This document shows, in pieces, positions 1 through 14,010 of a DNA stretch of 64,000 nt. The stretch's first letter is position 1; every line of letters starts with the position of its first letter. This DNA is from Eledone cirrhosa (Eukaryota). A program made the translations under genes and the position numbers. The stretch spans positions 8,804,001-8,868,000 of the forward strand of contig OZ024748.1 in the NCBI GenBank assembly GCA_964016885.1. The letters run 5' to 3'. Below the pieces are notes generated by a model. The model made no database searches and had not been told where the DNA came from. It was given only the letters and a program-made list of their open reading frames with translations.

Positions 1-236
1 TCAAATGAAGTGGTAAGAAGAGCGTGTCAGCGTTTCTGCTTGGGTCTGAATGGCTATCTGAACTACATCTTGCCACCCACCGATTTTGATGGTGTGACTC
101 ATGCACAAGAGTTCTAAATTAGATGTTATTACACCGGGTCTGACATCGTCCCCCACCTCAATACTTCAAAACAGCACGAAATTAGTTGTCTTATGTTGTA
201 ACTCCAAGGGAGATGTCTCCATCGTCTTCATTGTGT

Positions 237-815
237 CAGGCACTCATTTTATTTTCTCTCTTGAACCAGTTGTAGTAACCAGTTATATCAGCAACCTCTA
301 ATATTTCCCTCTTTTATTTCTTTCGCCTCTAATCCAACTAACATGAACTGTGAGTTAATTCTGGTTCCGAGAAATCCTCTAACATCTATTTCTACACGAA
401 TACATAATATCTCCTTAAAGCTGTTTTCACAGTAGTTTAACCAACTCAATGTATCTTCTAGGTATTCTGTTGAATATATCATACATATTGGCATCCCAAG
501 AGACAGTAAATTCCACCATCTATGGCCCCTTCCTTACACCACAAGAGGAGGTCAAACCTAATGCTGGTAAAAGGTAGGACGTGGCCTTTGTCATCCAGGT
601 CAACTGAGACCTCCTAAATCTCTTTCCATTTTGTGTCATTCTTCTCCCTTACGGTGGATAGTTTGTAATGTCCTCCTTACAAACCCTCATCCTGCTCTTC
701 TCCACCTCTTGCAGTATCTCTAGGTTGTTTATCAGCTTCACCCTTTCTTTCACCCTATCAGCCAATACTCTAAGCATGTGGTTATACCGCCCTGTTTCAT
801 TTGATCTTCAAGCAT
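237..815 (-). mobile_element. Degenerate C-terminal restriction-like endonuclease region of a HERO/NeSL/R2-group non-LTR retrotransposon
   Basis: Frameshifted minus-strand translation gives, in order, YNHMLRVLAD (RHNxVL-like), *EVSVDLDDKG..SIRFDLLLW (RPD motif), MVEFTVSWDAN (ELTVPWE), VEIDVRGFLG (VEVGCRGF) and EVADITGYYNWFKRE (C-terminal WxWxKR). Motif order matches RLE-type elements. Confidence 0.75.
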
Positions 816-833
816 ATGTATGTATGTATTAAG

Positions 834-1014
834 ACAACAGTTAGTTCACCATATCGAGAACAATTGTTTTACCTTAGCGGATCTTCAGCAGAAACGCTGA
901 CCGCTAATTGTTCTCGATATGGTGAATTAACTGTTGTGTTACCACTTCTACCTAACTCGTCCCATGGACTGAGTGCTCTACCACTACGGATATTACCTTC
1001 CAGTGTTCTACCCC
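834..1014. mobile_element. Penelope-like short element with inverted end and degenerate hammerhead
   Basis: 32-bp inverted arms at 834-865 and 906-937. Homologous to 54943-55080. Minus strand reads CTGAAGA-TCCGCTAAGGT-AAAA-CAATTG-TT-CTCGAT. Ends in (TA)n. Confidence 0.6.
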
Positions 1015-2472
1015 TATATATATATATATGTGTGTGTGTGTGTAAAACATGGCCTTGTGACACACAGGTTGTAATATATTGTTTGTATGTTTGTATGTGT
1101 TAGAAATATGAAGAAAGATTAACAACAATATTTCCATCATAAATGGTTGTAAGACATCTAACAACGAAACACTGTGATAATATATAACGGGGTTGCTCGA
1201 CTGGCTAGAAATAGAAGCCAAATTTACTTCAGATTATATGCTACTGTCTCACAAAATAAAAAAAGAAGTTTGAAGATTAAAAAGATGAAGTAACAATATT
1301 TCCTTTGGGTGAGCTTCAACATAACTCACTTGGAGCTAAACAACTTCACCATTTTACTGTAATACCTGAGCACGATATTGTGTCAGGTATCACAGTTTTA
1401 TTCTTCCAGGCTTTCTTAATTTTGAGGTAATTCCTGTGGGTATTACTTTTGTTTATGACTTGAAACACACTCTGTGCTTTTGTTGCTACACACCTACACA
1501 CACTCATGCATAACCTTTCTCTCCCTCTTTTTCTTTCTGACACAAACACCCACACATTTGGAATTTGCTGTCGAAACCACAAGAGCTTTGCCGTCGGGCC
1601 CCGTCTCTCTATTATATTTACACTCTACTATCTCAAGTACCGAATACTCTGCTGAATAATGGTCTTACTGGTTTAAAACTGGTGAAATCTGATCTCTCCC
1701 TCCCTCTCTCTCTCTCCCTATATGAAAAAATGACTGAGGTTACATATCGTAAATCTCGATAAAATACGTCTTAATAAAAGTGTTGCTAATTTAAAAACAA
1801 CAACTTTATAATAATTGTTTCTAATTTAGACACAAGAGCAGAGATGTGTGTAGGTTAGTCGATTATATCACCCTCGGAGGAAAGACAGTGTTGACCCTGA
1901 TAGGATTATAACTCCATAAAACCGAAAGTAATGCATTAAACCATTTTTTTATGCTCTAACTCAAAAAGATTTCATAAATCATATATTAAACACTCTACCA
2001 ATGTACTGAGTACCTTATATAGGTATATGAATATTTTCTATATCAGCATTCACAAAAGCGCACTTATAAGAATCACTTCTACAGAATAAAAAACAATATC
2101 CATGTGTGTGTATGTGTATATATATGTGTATATGTCTGTGTATGAAAGTGTATGTATGTGTGTGTATGTGTACACCATTTGCTACAAGTACATACAAAAA
2201 CATCTTCCTCCTACTTAATAATACGGAAAATAATATCAGATTCTGCAGTGAAAACATATCTTCCAGTGGCTTATAGCAACATACCAACATTTCATGTGGA
2301 ATTACTCAACAATAAATTAAACTGACATGACGTAATAAATACATATATCAGTTCACCTGCTCGGAATAGGTTTACAATAATTGTACATATACAGCAGTGG
2401 TGGAATATAAATTACTTTCTCTCTCAACTTGACATTGCATCATCTAATATTTTACTTTGAATGTAGATTAAA

Positions 2473-2654
2473 TAATTGTTTCTACTTTAGGCACAAGGCC
2501 AGCAATTACACAGTGCATTACTGGTACTTTATTTTATTGACCCCGTAAGGATGAAAGGCAAAGTCAACCTCGGCGGGATTTGAACTCAGATCGTAAAGGG
2601 ACGTAACTATGCTGGAAACCATGGCATACGACCCTCTACCGATACTGCCAATCC
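2473..2654 (-). mobile_element. tRNA-derived SINE (family A, Nin/Deu-like central domain)
   Basis: A-box-like TGGCAGTATCGG, B-box GAGTTCAAATCC, core CTTTGCCTTTCATCCTTACGGGGTC and 3' end CCTTGTGCCTAAAGTAGAAACAATTA; more than 10 homologues in the window. Confidence 0.85.
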
Positions 2655-2852
2655 ATAATATAACATTGCTAGATAGTCAAATATATTTTGCAATTGTTTA
2701 TAACTAGAGGTATAATGTAATATTGGTCTCTTCGATCACTGAATGAACTCAATATTCTATAGGTATGTTACTAAATTGTCACTGCCCATATTTCACATAC
2801 ATATAGCCGCATTGACTCGTGAGATATTTATTTACTTACTTACTACTACTAT

Positions 2853-2893
<41 letters not shown>

Positions 2894-3416
2894 ATGTCAT
2901 CCGCTTCGATGTGGTGACATGATAAAACCTTTCCATCTGACACAATCCAACATCAACTGCCTCAGTTCTTCGCCGGATAGTTCTGTCAAAGATTCTCTTT
3001 AATATCTTGAGATGTCTTCCATGTTTATGTTTCACATTAGTGGACTTTCACAGAAAAGGTTTTGCAGCAGTTTCGTTGTTTATTTTATATCTCCAATCTT
3101 GGTAGTTTTCAAGATGTCATCTTTCTCAGGCAGGTAAACATTTCTGTTGATGAATGTTTTCGTATCCTTCACTGAAAGATCTTGTTTATCTTCACTGAAA
3201 GATCTTGACAATATATTGTATCTCCAATCTTAGAATATCTTGGACGATCAGTTTCAAGATGTCCTCTCTCTCTCAGAGGGTGAAAAGTGTCTGTTCGTAT
3301 AAAACTTTGCAAGGTACACATTATATACTAATGGATTAGAGGTTGTGAGGGAAACATCAGATGATAAGAATATGCAGGTGATTTTACCATAATTACTGGC
3401 AAGTTGGTGAATACCT

Positions 3417-5143
3417 GGCTAAACAGGTAAGTAATCAGCGTGTAGTGTTGCTTCTCCTTATTAACTAAACAGGTGAGTTATCAACATGTAGTGTTGCTTC
3501 ACCCTATTAGCTAAACAGGTGAGTTATCAACATGTAGTGTTGCTTCACCCTATTAGCTAAACAGGTGAGTTATCAACATGTAGTATTGCTTCACCTTATT
3601 AGCTAAACAGGTGAGTTATCAACATGTAGTGTTGCTTCACCCTATTAGCTAAACAGGTGAGTTATCAACATGTAGTGTTGCTTCACCTTATTAGCTAAAC
3701 AGGTGAGTTATCAACATGTAGTGTTGCTTCACCCTATTAGCTAAACAGGTGAGTTATCAACATGTAGTGTTGCTTCACCCTATTAGCTAAACAGGTGAGT
3801 TATCAACATCTAGTGTTGCTTCACCCTATTAGCTAAACAGGTGAGTTATCAACATGTAGTGTTGCTTCACCCTATTAGCTAAACAGGTGAGTTATCAACA
3901 TGTAGTGTTGCTTCACCCTATTAGCTAAACAGGTGAGTTATCAACATGTAGTGTTGCTTCACCTTATTAGCTAAACAGGTGAGTTATCAACATGTAGTGT
4001 TGCTTCACCCTATTAGCTAAACAGGTGAGTTATCAACATGTAGTGTTGCTTCACCCTATTAGCTAAACAGGTGAGTTATCAACATGTAGTGTTGCTTCAC
4101 CCTATTAGCTAAACAGGTGAGTTATCAACATGTAGTGTTGCTTCACCCTATTAGCTAAACAGGTGAGTTATCAACATGTAGTGTTGCTTCACCCTATTAG
4201 CTAAACAGGTGAGTTATCAACATGTAGTGTTGCTTCACCTTATTAGCTAAACAGGTGAGTTATCAACATGTAGTGTTGCTTCACACTATTAGCTAAACAG
4301 GTGAGTTATCAACATGTAGTATTGCTTCACCTTATTAGCTAAACAGGTGAGTTATCAACATGTAGCGTTGCTTCACACTATTAGCTAAACAGGTGAGTTA
4401 TAAACATGTAGCGTTGCTTCACACTATTAGCTAAACAGGTGAGTTATAAACATGTAGCGTTGCTTCACACTATTAGCTAAACAGGTGAGTTATCAACATG
4501 TAGTGTTGCTTCACCCTATTAGCTAAACAGGTGAGTTATAAACATGTAGCGTTGCTTCACACTATTAACTAAACAGGTGAGTTATAAACATGTAGCGTTG
4601 CTTCACACTATTAGCTAAACAGGTGAGTTATAAACATGTAGCGTTGCTTCACACTATTAGCTAAACAGGTGAGTTATCAACATGTAGTGTTGCTTCACAC
4701 TATTAGCTAAACAGGTGAGTTATCAACATGTAGTGTTGCTTCACCCTATTAGCTAAACAGGTGAGTTATCAACATGTAGTGTTTCTTCACCTTATTAGCT
4801 AAACAGGTGAGTTATCAACATGTAGTGTTGCTTCACCTTATTAGCTAAACAGGTGAGTTATCAACATGTAGTGTTGCTTCACACTATTAGCTAAACAGGT
4901 GAGTTATCAACATGTAGTGTTGCTTCACACTATTAGCTAAACAGGTGAGTTATCAACATGTAGCGTTGCTTCTCCTTATTAACTAAACAGGTGAGTTATC
5001 AACATGTAGTGTTTCTTCACCTTATTAGCTAAACAGGTGAGTTATCAACATGTAGTGTTGCTTCACACTATTAGCTAAACAGGTGAGTTATCAACATGTA
5101 GCGTTGCTTCTCCTTATTAGCTAAACAGGTGAGTTATCAACGT
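3417..5143 (+). repeat. 46-bp minisatellite, ~37 copies (GCTAAACAGGTGAGTTATCAACATGTAGTGTTGCTTCACCCTATTA)
   Basis: 46-nt period (e.g. units starting at 3510 and 3556) with a few recurrent variant positions. Confidence 0.97.
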
Positions 5144-5423
5144 GTTTGAAGAATGGAAAGAGTTCACTACAATTAATTTTTGGTAAAGTTGAGATTGTTG
5201 AGACATGAATTGTGAGAAGAGGGTGGGTTGTTACTGTCGGTAATATGATGAAGGAAATAGGTGTGGTGGTGGTGGTGGTGGTGGTGGTAGTAGTAGTAGT
5301 ACTTCAAAAGAAAGAACGAAACAGTACGAAAAGTTCTGTAGCAGCCATTTTTATATTAAACGTTATACTCTACTAAATGTATTGACTATCTTTCTTACTG
5401 TTGTTATCCCCGATTGAACCCGG

Positions 5424-5465
<42 letters not shown>

Positions 5466-5483
5466 CATACATATATATATATA

Positions 5484-5518
<35 letters not shown>

Positions 5519-5767
5519 AATTCACGTATTCACACAGTAATTATTATTCCATACATCCTACCATTACTACAACTAGTTGGAACCAACAGTCATTTTGTAA
5601 AACGAAGACCCAGAGTGTGGGGGGGGGGTATAAACAAGACTTCAATATTTTGAGAACAGTGGCCATGTTAGTTGTAGACATGTTTTTAGTTATTTATTTA
5701 CAATATATATTTTAGGTATATTTCTCATGTTTCCTATGTATTTACTGTTCAATTATATATTTATATA

Positions 5768-5955
5768 TAATTGTTTCTACTTTAGGCACAAGGCCAGCAA
5801 TTACCCAGTACATTACTGGTACTTTATTTTATCGACCCCGTAAGGATGAAAGGCAAAGTTAACCTCGGCGGGATTTGAACTCAGACTGTAAAGGGACGTA
5901 ACTATGCTAGAAAACATGGCGTCCAACCCTCTACCGATATTGCCAATTCACCGCC
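5768..5955 (-). mobile_element. SINE family A
   Basis: Near-full-length homologue of 2473-2654. Confidence 0.85.
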
Positions 5956-6334
5956 CTTATAAACAGTGGAATATGAAGATAAAACTCAATGTATAACATT
6001 ATATATTTATATATAATGTTATACATTGAGTTTTATCTTCATATTCCACTGTTTTTTTTGTGTATTTTTGTATATTTTCTATTATTTATTTATTTGCTGC
6101 TTATTTTATTTTAATTTCATATCTTTATATTTTTCTATATTTCACATTTATCTCCAAAATTGCTGCCCCCGTAGTCAGACCTACCTCGACTGGTTGTTAT
6201 CTATAAATATGGTTTCTTTCTTTCATAAATGTCTGCTTCACAGAGGAAATGTTGATACACATATTCCAGTTCTACATATATCGTGCTAAATTGAAAAACC
6301 TCTATGTGATAACTCTAATAAAGAGATACGATAC

Positions 6335-6477
6335 ATCTATCTATCTATCTATCTATCTATATAGATATATATGTATGTATATATATATATGTATATATAT
6401 ATGTATGTATATATATATGTATATATATATGTATGTATATATATATGTATGTATATATATGTGTATGTATATATATG

Positions 6478-6516
<39 letters not shown>

Positions 6517-6589
6517 GTATATATGTATATATATGTATATATATGTATGTATATATATATGAATATATATATATGTATATATATATATG

Positions 6590-6627
<38 letters not shown>

Positions 6628-6694
6628 TAACGTATATGAATATATATATGTATATATATGTATGTATATATATATGTATGTATATATATATAAC

Positions 6695-6749
<55 letters not shown>

Positions 6750-6750
6750 G
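6335..6750. repeat. (TCTA)n/(TA)n/(TATG)n microsatellite
   Basis: Simple repeats visible directly. Confidence 0.95.
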
Positions 6751-7165
6751 TACATAAATATATTCTGTCATTAATGAATCTATAAGTCTGAGGGGTTATC
6801 GATTACAGGGAGGCGAACGATCGAGTCTGAATGTACCTTGAGCTGATCGATCGCGAAACGCGCATCATACGTGAATAAACAATGATATTACATTGATATT
6901 TTCTTTCTACTCATTATGATATTTATATACATATATATTTAAATATATATATATGTAAAGTATAAATGTGTGTGTGTGTGTGTTTGAGTGCGAGTGTATG
7001 TATATATATATATGTGTGTGTGTGTGTACAAATAATGTTTGGATATATATTTATTTGCTCGAGCAGAGAGACATATGTATATATAGAGACATGCGCAGTG
7101 AGACATCGCGTATATACACTTGGTTACATAAATATTCCGACACGCAGCATTACAGCACAATAGAA

Positions 7166-8540
7166 GCACACACACAGACACAGACACACAGACACACACA
7201 GACACACACAGACACACAGACACACACACACAGTCACACACACACAGACATACACAGACACAGAGACACACAGACACACACAGACAGACATACACAGACA
7301 CACAGACATAGACACACACAGACACACAGACACACACAGTCACACACACACAGACACACACAGACACACACAGACACACACCCACAGTCACACACACACA
7401 GACACACACAGACAGACACACACACAGACACACACAGAGAGACACACACAGAGACACACACATACATATACACACACACAGACACACACACATACAGACA
7501 TACACAGACAGACACACACAGACGCACACAGACAGACAGACACACACACACACAGACAGATACACACACACAGACAGACGCAGACACACTTACAGGCATA
7601 CACAGACAGACACATACAGACAGACAGACACATACAGACATACAGACAGAGACACAGACATACACACACACACACAGACAGACACAGACAGACAGACAGA
7701 CTCACACACAGACATACAGACAGAGACACAGACATACAGACACACACACAGACATACAGACAGAGACACAGACATACAGACACAGACAGACATACAGACA
7801 CACACACAGACATACATACAGACAGACACACACACAGACACATAGACACACACACACACAAACACATACACACACGTAGACAGACACACACACTGACACA
7901 CAAGTACGTACGTAAGAACGTACAGAAGCACAATCAAACATAATCGTGCGAAGATATATATAGGTGTGTGTGTGTCTGTGTGTGTCTGGGTGTCTGTGTG
8001 TGTGTGTGTGTGTCTGCGTCTGTGTGCGTGTGTGTATGTGTCTGTGTGTGTCTGTGTGCGTGTGTGTATGTGTCTGTGTGTGTCTGCGTCTGTGTGCGTG
8101 TGTGTATGTGTCTGTGTGTGTCTGCGTCTGTGTGCCTGTGTGTATGTGTCTGTGTGTGTCTGCGTCTGTGTGTGCCTGTGTGTATGTGTCTGCGTGTGTC
8201 TGCGTCTGTGTGCCTGTGTGTATGTGTCTGTGTGTGTCTGCGTCTGTGTGCGTGTGTGTATGTGTCTGTGTGTGTCTGCGTCTGTGTGCCTGTGTGTATG
8301 TGTCTATGTGTGTCTGCGTCTGTGTGCGTGTGTGTATGTGTCTGTGTGTGTCTGCGTCTGTGTGCCTGTGTGTATGTGTCTGTGTGTGTGTCTGCGTCTG
8401 TGTGCGTGTGTGTATGTGTCTGTGTGTGTCTGTGTGCGTGTGTGTATGTGTCTGTGTGTGTCTGCGTCTGTGTGCGTGTGTGTGTGTCTGTGTGTTTTCT
8501 GCGTCTGTGTGCGTGTGTGCGTCTGTGTATGTGTGTGTAT
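7166..8540. repeat. Compound (CA/GACA)n tract followed by opposite-orientation (TG/TGTC)n tract
   Basis: CA-rich tract 7166-7900, ~65-bp unique spacer, TG-rich tract 7964-8540 with a ~32-bp higher-order unit. Confidence 0.93.
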
Positions 8541-8690
8541 GAATGTATATATCTAACAGCTTATATCAAGGTGTAGACACAAATACACTCACGCAAACAA
8601 ACACGCAGACATATAAATACGTATGTATGTATGCTTGTATGTATGCATATATGTGTATATGTTTATGTATGTATAAGTCTGTATGTATTC

Positions 8691-8721
<31 letters not shown>

Positions 8722-8901
8722 TATATGTATAAATATATATACATTAGTATATATATCTATATATTGTTATGCTTTGGGATATATATCTATCTATCTCTCT
8801 CTCTCTATATATATATAGATATATATAGATATATATATATATAAACGATATATCTATATCTATATATATATATATAGATATGTGTGTGTGTTTCCACGAA
8901 A

Positions 8902-9002
<101 letters not shown>

Positions 9003-9212
9003 CAGACGGTCACATATACACACAAATTAACTCTGCTTTAATATCTCATGAATATTAAGTTATTTTCCTCCTGATTTAAATATATTTAAATGTTATTTTT
9101 TTTGTTTGTCTTGGTTTGTTTTTGTTGTTGTTTTCTGCCTATGTATTCCTGTTCCACCTGGTTGTCTTGCACCTTCACATCTTCGCTCACCTACCTTTCT
9201 AATTAGACAATA

Positions 9213-9809
9213 CACCACCACCATCACTACTACTTACATCATCACCATCATTATCACCATCATCATCACCATCATCATCACCATCATCATCACATATCAT
9301 TATCATCATCATCATCATCACCATCATCACATATCATCATCATCACCATCATCATCACCATTATTATCATCATCATCACCGTCATGATCATCATCACAAA
9401 TCTTCATTATCATCATCAGCACTATCAACACCATCACCCTGATCATCATCATACTCATCGCCGACACCGTCGTCATCATCATCATCACCATCATCCCGAA
9501 TATCATCACCATCATCGCCATCACCATCATCATCACCATCATCATCATCAACACTGTCGTCAACGTCATCACCATCATCACCAACAGCAGTGTGTCACTA
9601 TAACCGCCGCCATTTTCCCCGACATCATCAGCATCATCACCGTCACCAATGTGTCACTATAACCATCACCAACATCGTCAACACCACCATCACCACCATC
9701 ACCACCATCACCACCATCATCACAAGCATCACTCTCACGAATGTGTCACTATAACCACCATCAAAACCATCATCATCATCATCTTCACCGATGTGTCAGT
9801 CTAACCATC

Positions 9810-9864
<55 letters not shown>

Positions 9865-9879
9865 CCACCACCAACATCC

Positions 9880-9910
<31 letters not shown>

Positions 9911-10500
9911 CACCAATGCATCACTATAATCACCACCACCACCATTATAACCACCACCACCACCATCACTATAACCACCACCACCACCATCACTATAACC
10001 ACCACCACCACCACCACCATTATCACCATCACCACCACCATCACTATAACCACCACCACCACCATTATCACCACCACCACCACCACCATTATCACCATCA
10101 CCACCACCATCACTATAACCACCACCATCACTATAACCACCACCACCACCATTATCACCATCACCACCACCATCACTATAACCACCACCACCACCACCAC
10201 CATTATCACCATCACCACCACCATCACTATAACCACCACCACCACCACCATTATCACCATCACCACCACCATCACTATAACCACCACCACCACCACCATT
10301 ATCACCATCACCACCACCATCACTATAACCACCACCACCACCACCATTATCACCATCACCACCACCATCACTATAACCACCACCACCACCACCACCATTA
10401 TCACCACCACCACCACCATCACTATAACCACCACCACCACCACCATTATCACCATCACCACCACCATCACTATAACCACCACCACCACCACCATCACTAA
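9213..10500. repeat. (CAT)n/(CAC)n trinucleotide field with ~42-bp higher-order unit
   Basis: CATCAC repeats; (CAC)nCATTATCACCATCACCACCACCATCACTATAAC reiterated at 9930-10500. Confidence 0.93.
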
Positions 10501-10630
10501 ACCACCGCCATCTTCCCCGCCACTCTCCCTGATTACAAATGTTATTAAACTCTGTTGTTTAATTATTTGTTTTTAAAGGAGTAAATCATCTCTTGGTGAA
10601 GTTGAGCAAAAGTTGCTGGAAGAAGGGGAA

Positions 10631-10701
<71 letters not shown>

Positions 10702-10718
10702 TATCTCTCTCTCTCTCA

Positions 10719-10763
<45 letters not shown>

Positions 10764-11025
10764 TATCTCTCTCTCTCTCACTCTATATATATATATATAC
10801 ACATATATATATACATATATCTACATATACATACATATACATACACATATATTCATACATACGTACATAAATATATACGTACATACATACACTCATACAT
10901 ATATATATATACAAATACATATAATTATATATATATATATATACATACATATATATATATATACAAATACATATCATAATATATATATACATACATATAT
11001 ATACATACACATACATACATATATA

Positions 11026-11059
<34 letters not shown>

Positions 11060-11114
11060 TATATATATATTCATACATAAATATATATACGTATATGCAT
11101 TCGTCCATACATAA

Positions 11115-11159
<45 letters not shown>

Positions 11160-11161
11160 TG

Positions 11162-11195
<34 letters not shown>

Positions 11196-11284
11196 TTATG
11201 ATATGTATTTGTATAGATATGTATGTATATATATATATATATTATTATATGTATTTGTATATATATATATGCATTCGTCCATAC

Positions 11285-11354
<70 letters not shown>

Positions 11355-11831
11355 TCAAACCAACATTTGAAGATTAAGAATAATTTTTCAAAATGTCACT
11401 GGAAGAAATGGAAATAATATAAAAGAGGAGAAGTGAGAATTTCTGGAATTTTAAAGAGAATTTAGCAAATTCGAAGAATTTTTAAAACTAAGGACGTTGT
11501 TTGAATATTAAAAATGAAAAGGCTAGGGGAAGCATAAGTGGTTAGAAGATGAAAAAGGAATGTATGAGGTGGTATTTGTTTAAGGAAAATATAGAGAATA
11601 TAATCTGAACTGAAGATATATATATATAACAAGGGAAGTGGTGGTGGTGGTGGTGGTGGTGGGAGTTGGAGAATGGAATAGGAGAGTGGGAGAGTGTAGT
11701 AGAGAGAGGGTGAGAGTGTAGGGAGAGCGTAGAGATGGAAGGACTAAGGACAGGGTAAAGGGTAGAGAAAGAAGAGAAGGAAAAGGAAATAATTTGTATC
11801 TATAGATCTATTATGTATTTATATATGTATG

Positions 11832-11874
<43 letters not shown>

Positions 11875-11895
11875 ATATGCATATATACAAGTGTG

Positions 11896-11963
<68 letters not shown>

Positions 11964-11999
11964 TATATGTGTGTATATGCATATATACAAGTGTGTAAT

Positions 12000-12032
<33 letters not shown>

Positions 12033-12053
12033 ATATGCATATATACAAGTGTG

Positions 12054-12098
<45 letters not shown>

Positions 12099-12130
12099 AT
12101 GCATATATACAAGAGTATATATAATATATT

Positions 12131-12169
<39 letters not shown>

Positions 12170-12623
12170 TTATATATATATACGTGTGTGTGTGTGTGTG
12201 TATAAATGTATTTATACATGTGCGTATTTGTTTATATATGTGTGTCTGTCTGTATGTGGTGGAAGATATTATAAGGAAAGAGGAGAGGGGAAGGAGGAGT
12301 AGAGACGGAGGAAGGAGAAGAGGGCAACTTTATATGATTCTGAGTTGGGGGGGGGGGATCGAGTGCGTGTGTGTGCGTGTGTGTGTGTGTGTGTTTGTGT
12401 GTGTGAGGGAGTTGTCCGGGTGATTACATCGAGTAGTGACGACAATCAGGCAAATAAGGAAATGTTGGAAAGAGTATATTGAATAGATAGAATATTTCAT
12501 GGTTAGGAACTGAGGAACTGGTCGTCAGTGGAGGTCACGCAATGATGGCAATGTCAGGGCTTTTATACATATACGTATATCTAGATCTCTCTCATTCACA
12601 CATGTATATATACATATATGTAT

Positions 12624-12642
12624 AATTAATTATAGATATGTT

Positions 12643-12707
<65 letters not shown>

Positions 12708-12728
12708 AATTAATTCAAGATATGTTTG

Positions 12729-12760
<32 letters not shown>

Positions 12761-12776
12761 TCTAGATATGTTTGTA

Positions 12777-12817
<41 letters not shown>

Positions 12818-12840
12818 CAAATTAATTCAAGATATGTTTG

Positions 12841-12872
<32 letters not shown>

Positions 12873-12884
12873 TCTAAATATGTT

Positions 12885-12950
<66 letters not shown>

Positions 12951-12962
12951 TCTAGATATGTT

Positions 12963-13004
<42 letters not shown>

Positions 13005-13062
13005 TCAAGATATGTTTGTATATATATATATATATATATAAAATTAATTCTAGATATGTTTG

Positions 13063-13093
<31 letters not shown>

Positions 13094-13108
13094 TTCTAGA
13101 TATGTTTG

Positions 13109-13144
<36 letters not shown>

Positions 13145-13200
13145 TCTAGATATGTTTGTATATATATATATATATATATAAAATTAATTCTAGATATGTT

Positions 13201-13240
<40 letters not shown>

Positions 13241-13294
13241 TCTAGATATGTTTGTATATATATATATATATATAAAATTAATTCTAGATATGTT

Positions 13295-13335
<41 letters not shown>
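12624..13335 (+). repeat. Minisatellite: constant AAATTAATTCTAGATATGTTTG core (~13 copies) separated by variable (TA)n
   Basis: Cores at ~12624, 12707, 12753, 12819, 12865, 12943, 12997, 13042, 13088, 13137, 13181, 13233 and 13275. Confidence 0.92.
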
Positions 13336-13342
<7 letters not shown>

Positions 13343-13414
13343 TATATATATATTCATATACACATATATATTCATTTACACAAATATCTGTATGTAATTA
13401 TTTATATATATATT

Positions 13415-13580
13415 TATTAAAATAACAGATTAAAGTTTAAGCAAAGATTCGCTACTTTGACCCTCAACGGGATCTTCTGAAACTCATGTTTGCTCTAGGG
13501 TTCTTATATATTTGATATGTATTTATCCTTATCGAGCCCTCTTTGGATTTTAGTCTTCACATTTATTATTATTACTATAT
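13415..13580 (-). mobile_element. Short Penelope-like remnant with degenerate hammerhead-like motif
   Basis: Inverted homologue of 14642-14740. Reads CAGAAGA-TCCCGTTGAGGGT-CAAA; flanked by TA repeats. Confidence 0.45.
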
Positions 13581-13830
13581 ATATATATATATATATACAA
13601 ACACATACATACATATGTCTGTATTAATACATCCGTGTAACCCAGTCAAACAAGGTTTGAACGGTCAATGCGCCCCTATTAAAATTTGATAAAATTTAGT
13701 ACCAGTAATATAATGTTAATCTAGTCTAAAATAGCCTCACTATACCTCTACAACTTTCCTATTATATCTAACGACGAAATACCAGAATATCCTCATAACA
13801 AACCTTATTGGATTTATTATTTACAAAGCA

Positions 13831-14010
13831 ATTGGCAGTATCGGTAGAGGGTCGGACGTCATGCTTTCCAGCATAGTTACGTCCCTTTACGATCTGAGTT
13901 CAAATCCAGCCGAGGTTGACTTTGCCTTTCATCCTTACGGGGTCGATAAAATAAAGTACCAGTAATGCACTGGGTAATTGCTGGCCTTGTGCCTAAAGTA
14001 GAAACAATTA
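13831..14010 (+). mobile_element. SINE family A with target-site duplication
   Basis: Flanked by the direct repeat ATTATTTACAAAGCAATT (~13816-13833 and ~14007-14024). Confidence 0.9.

Noticed and set aside
1356-1396. Small hairpins here and at 16351-16383 and 25011-25039 as pre-miRNAs
   Set aside because: Stems are too short for a pre-miRNA and no recognisable miRNA sequence is present.
3417-5143. 46-bp hairpin array as a CRISPR array or IRE array
   Set aside because: No unique spacers, and the loop is TGTAG rather than CAGUGN.
12624-13335. CRISPR-like look of a constant 22-bp core with variable spacers
   Set aside because: Spacers are only (TA)n of varying length; no cas genes; eukaryotic context.
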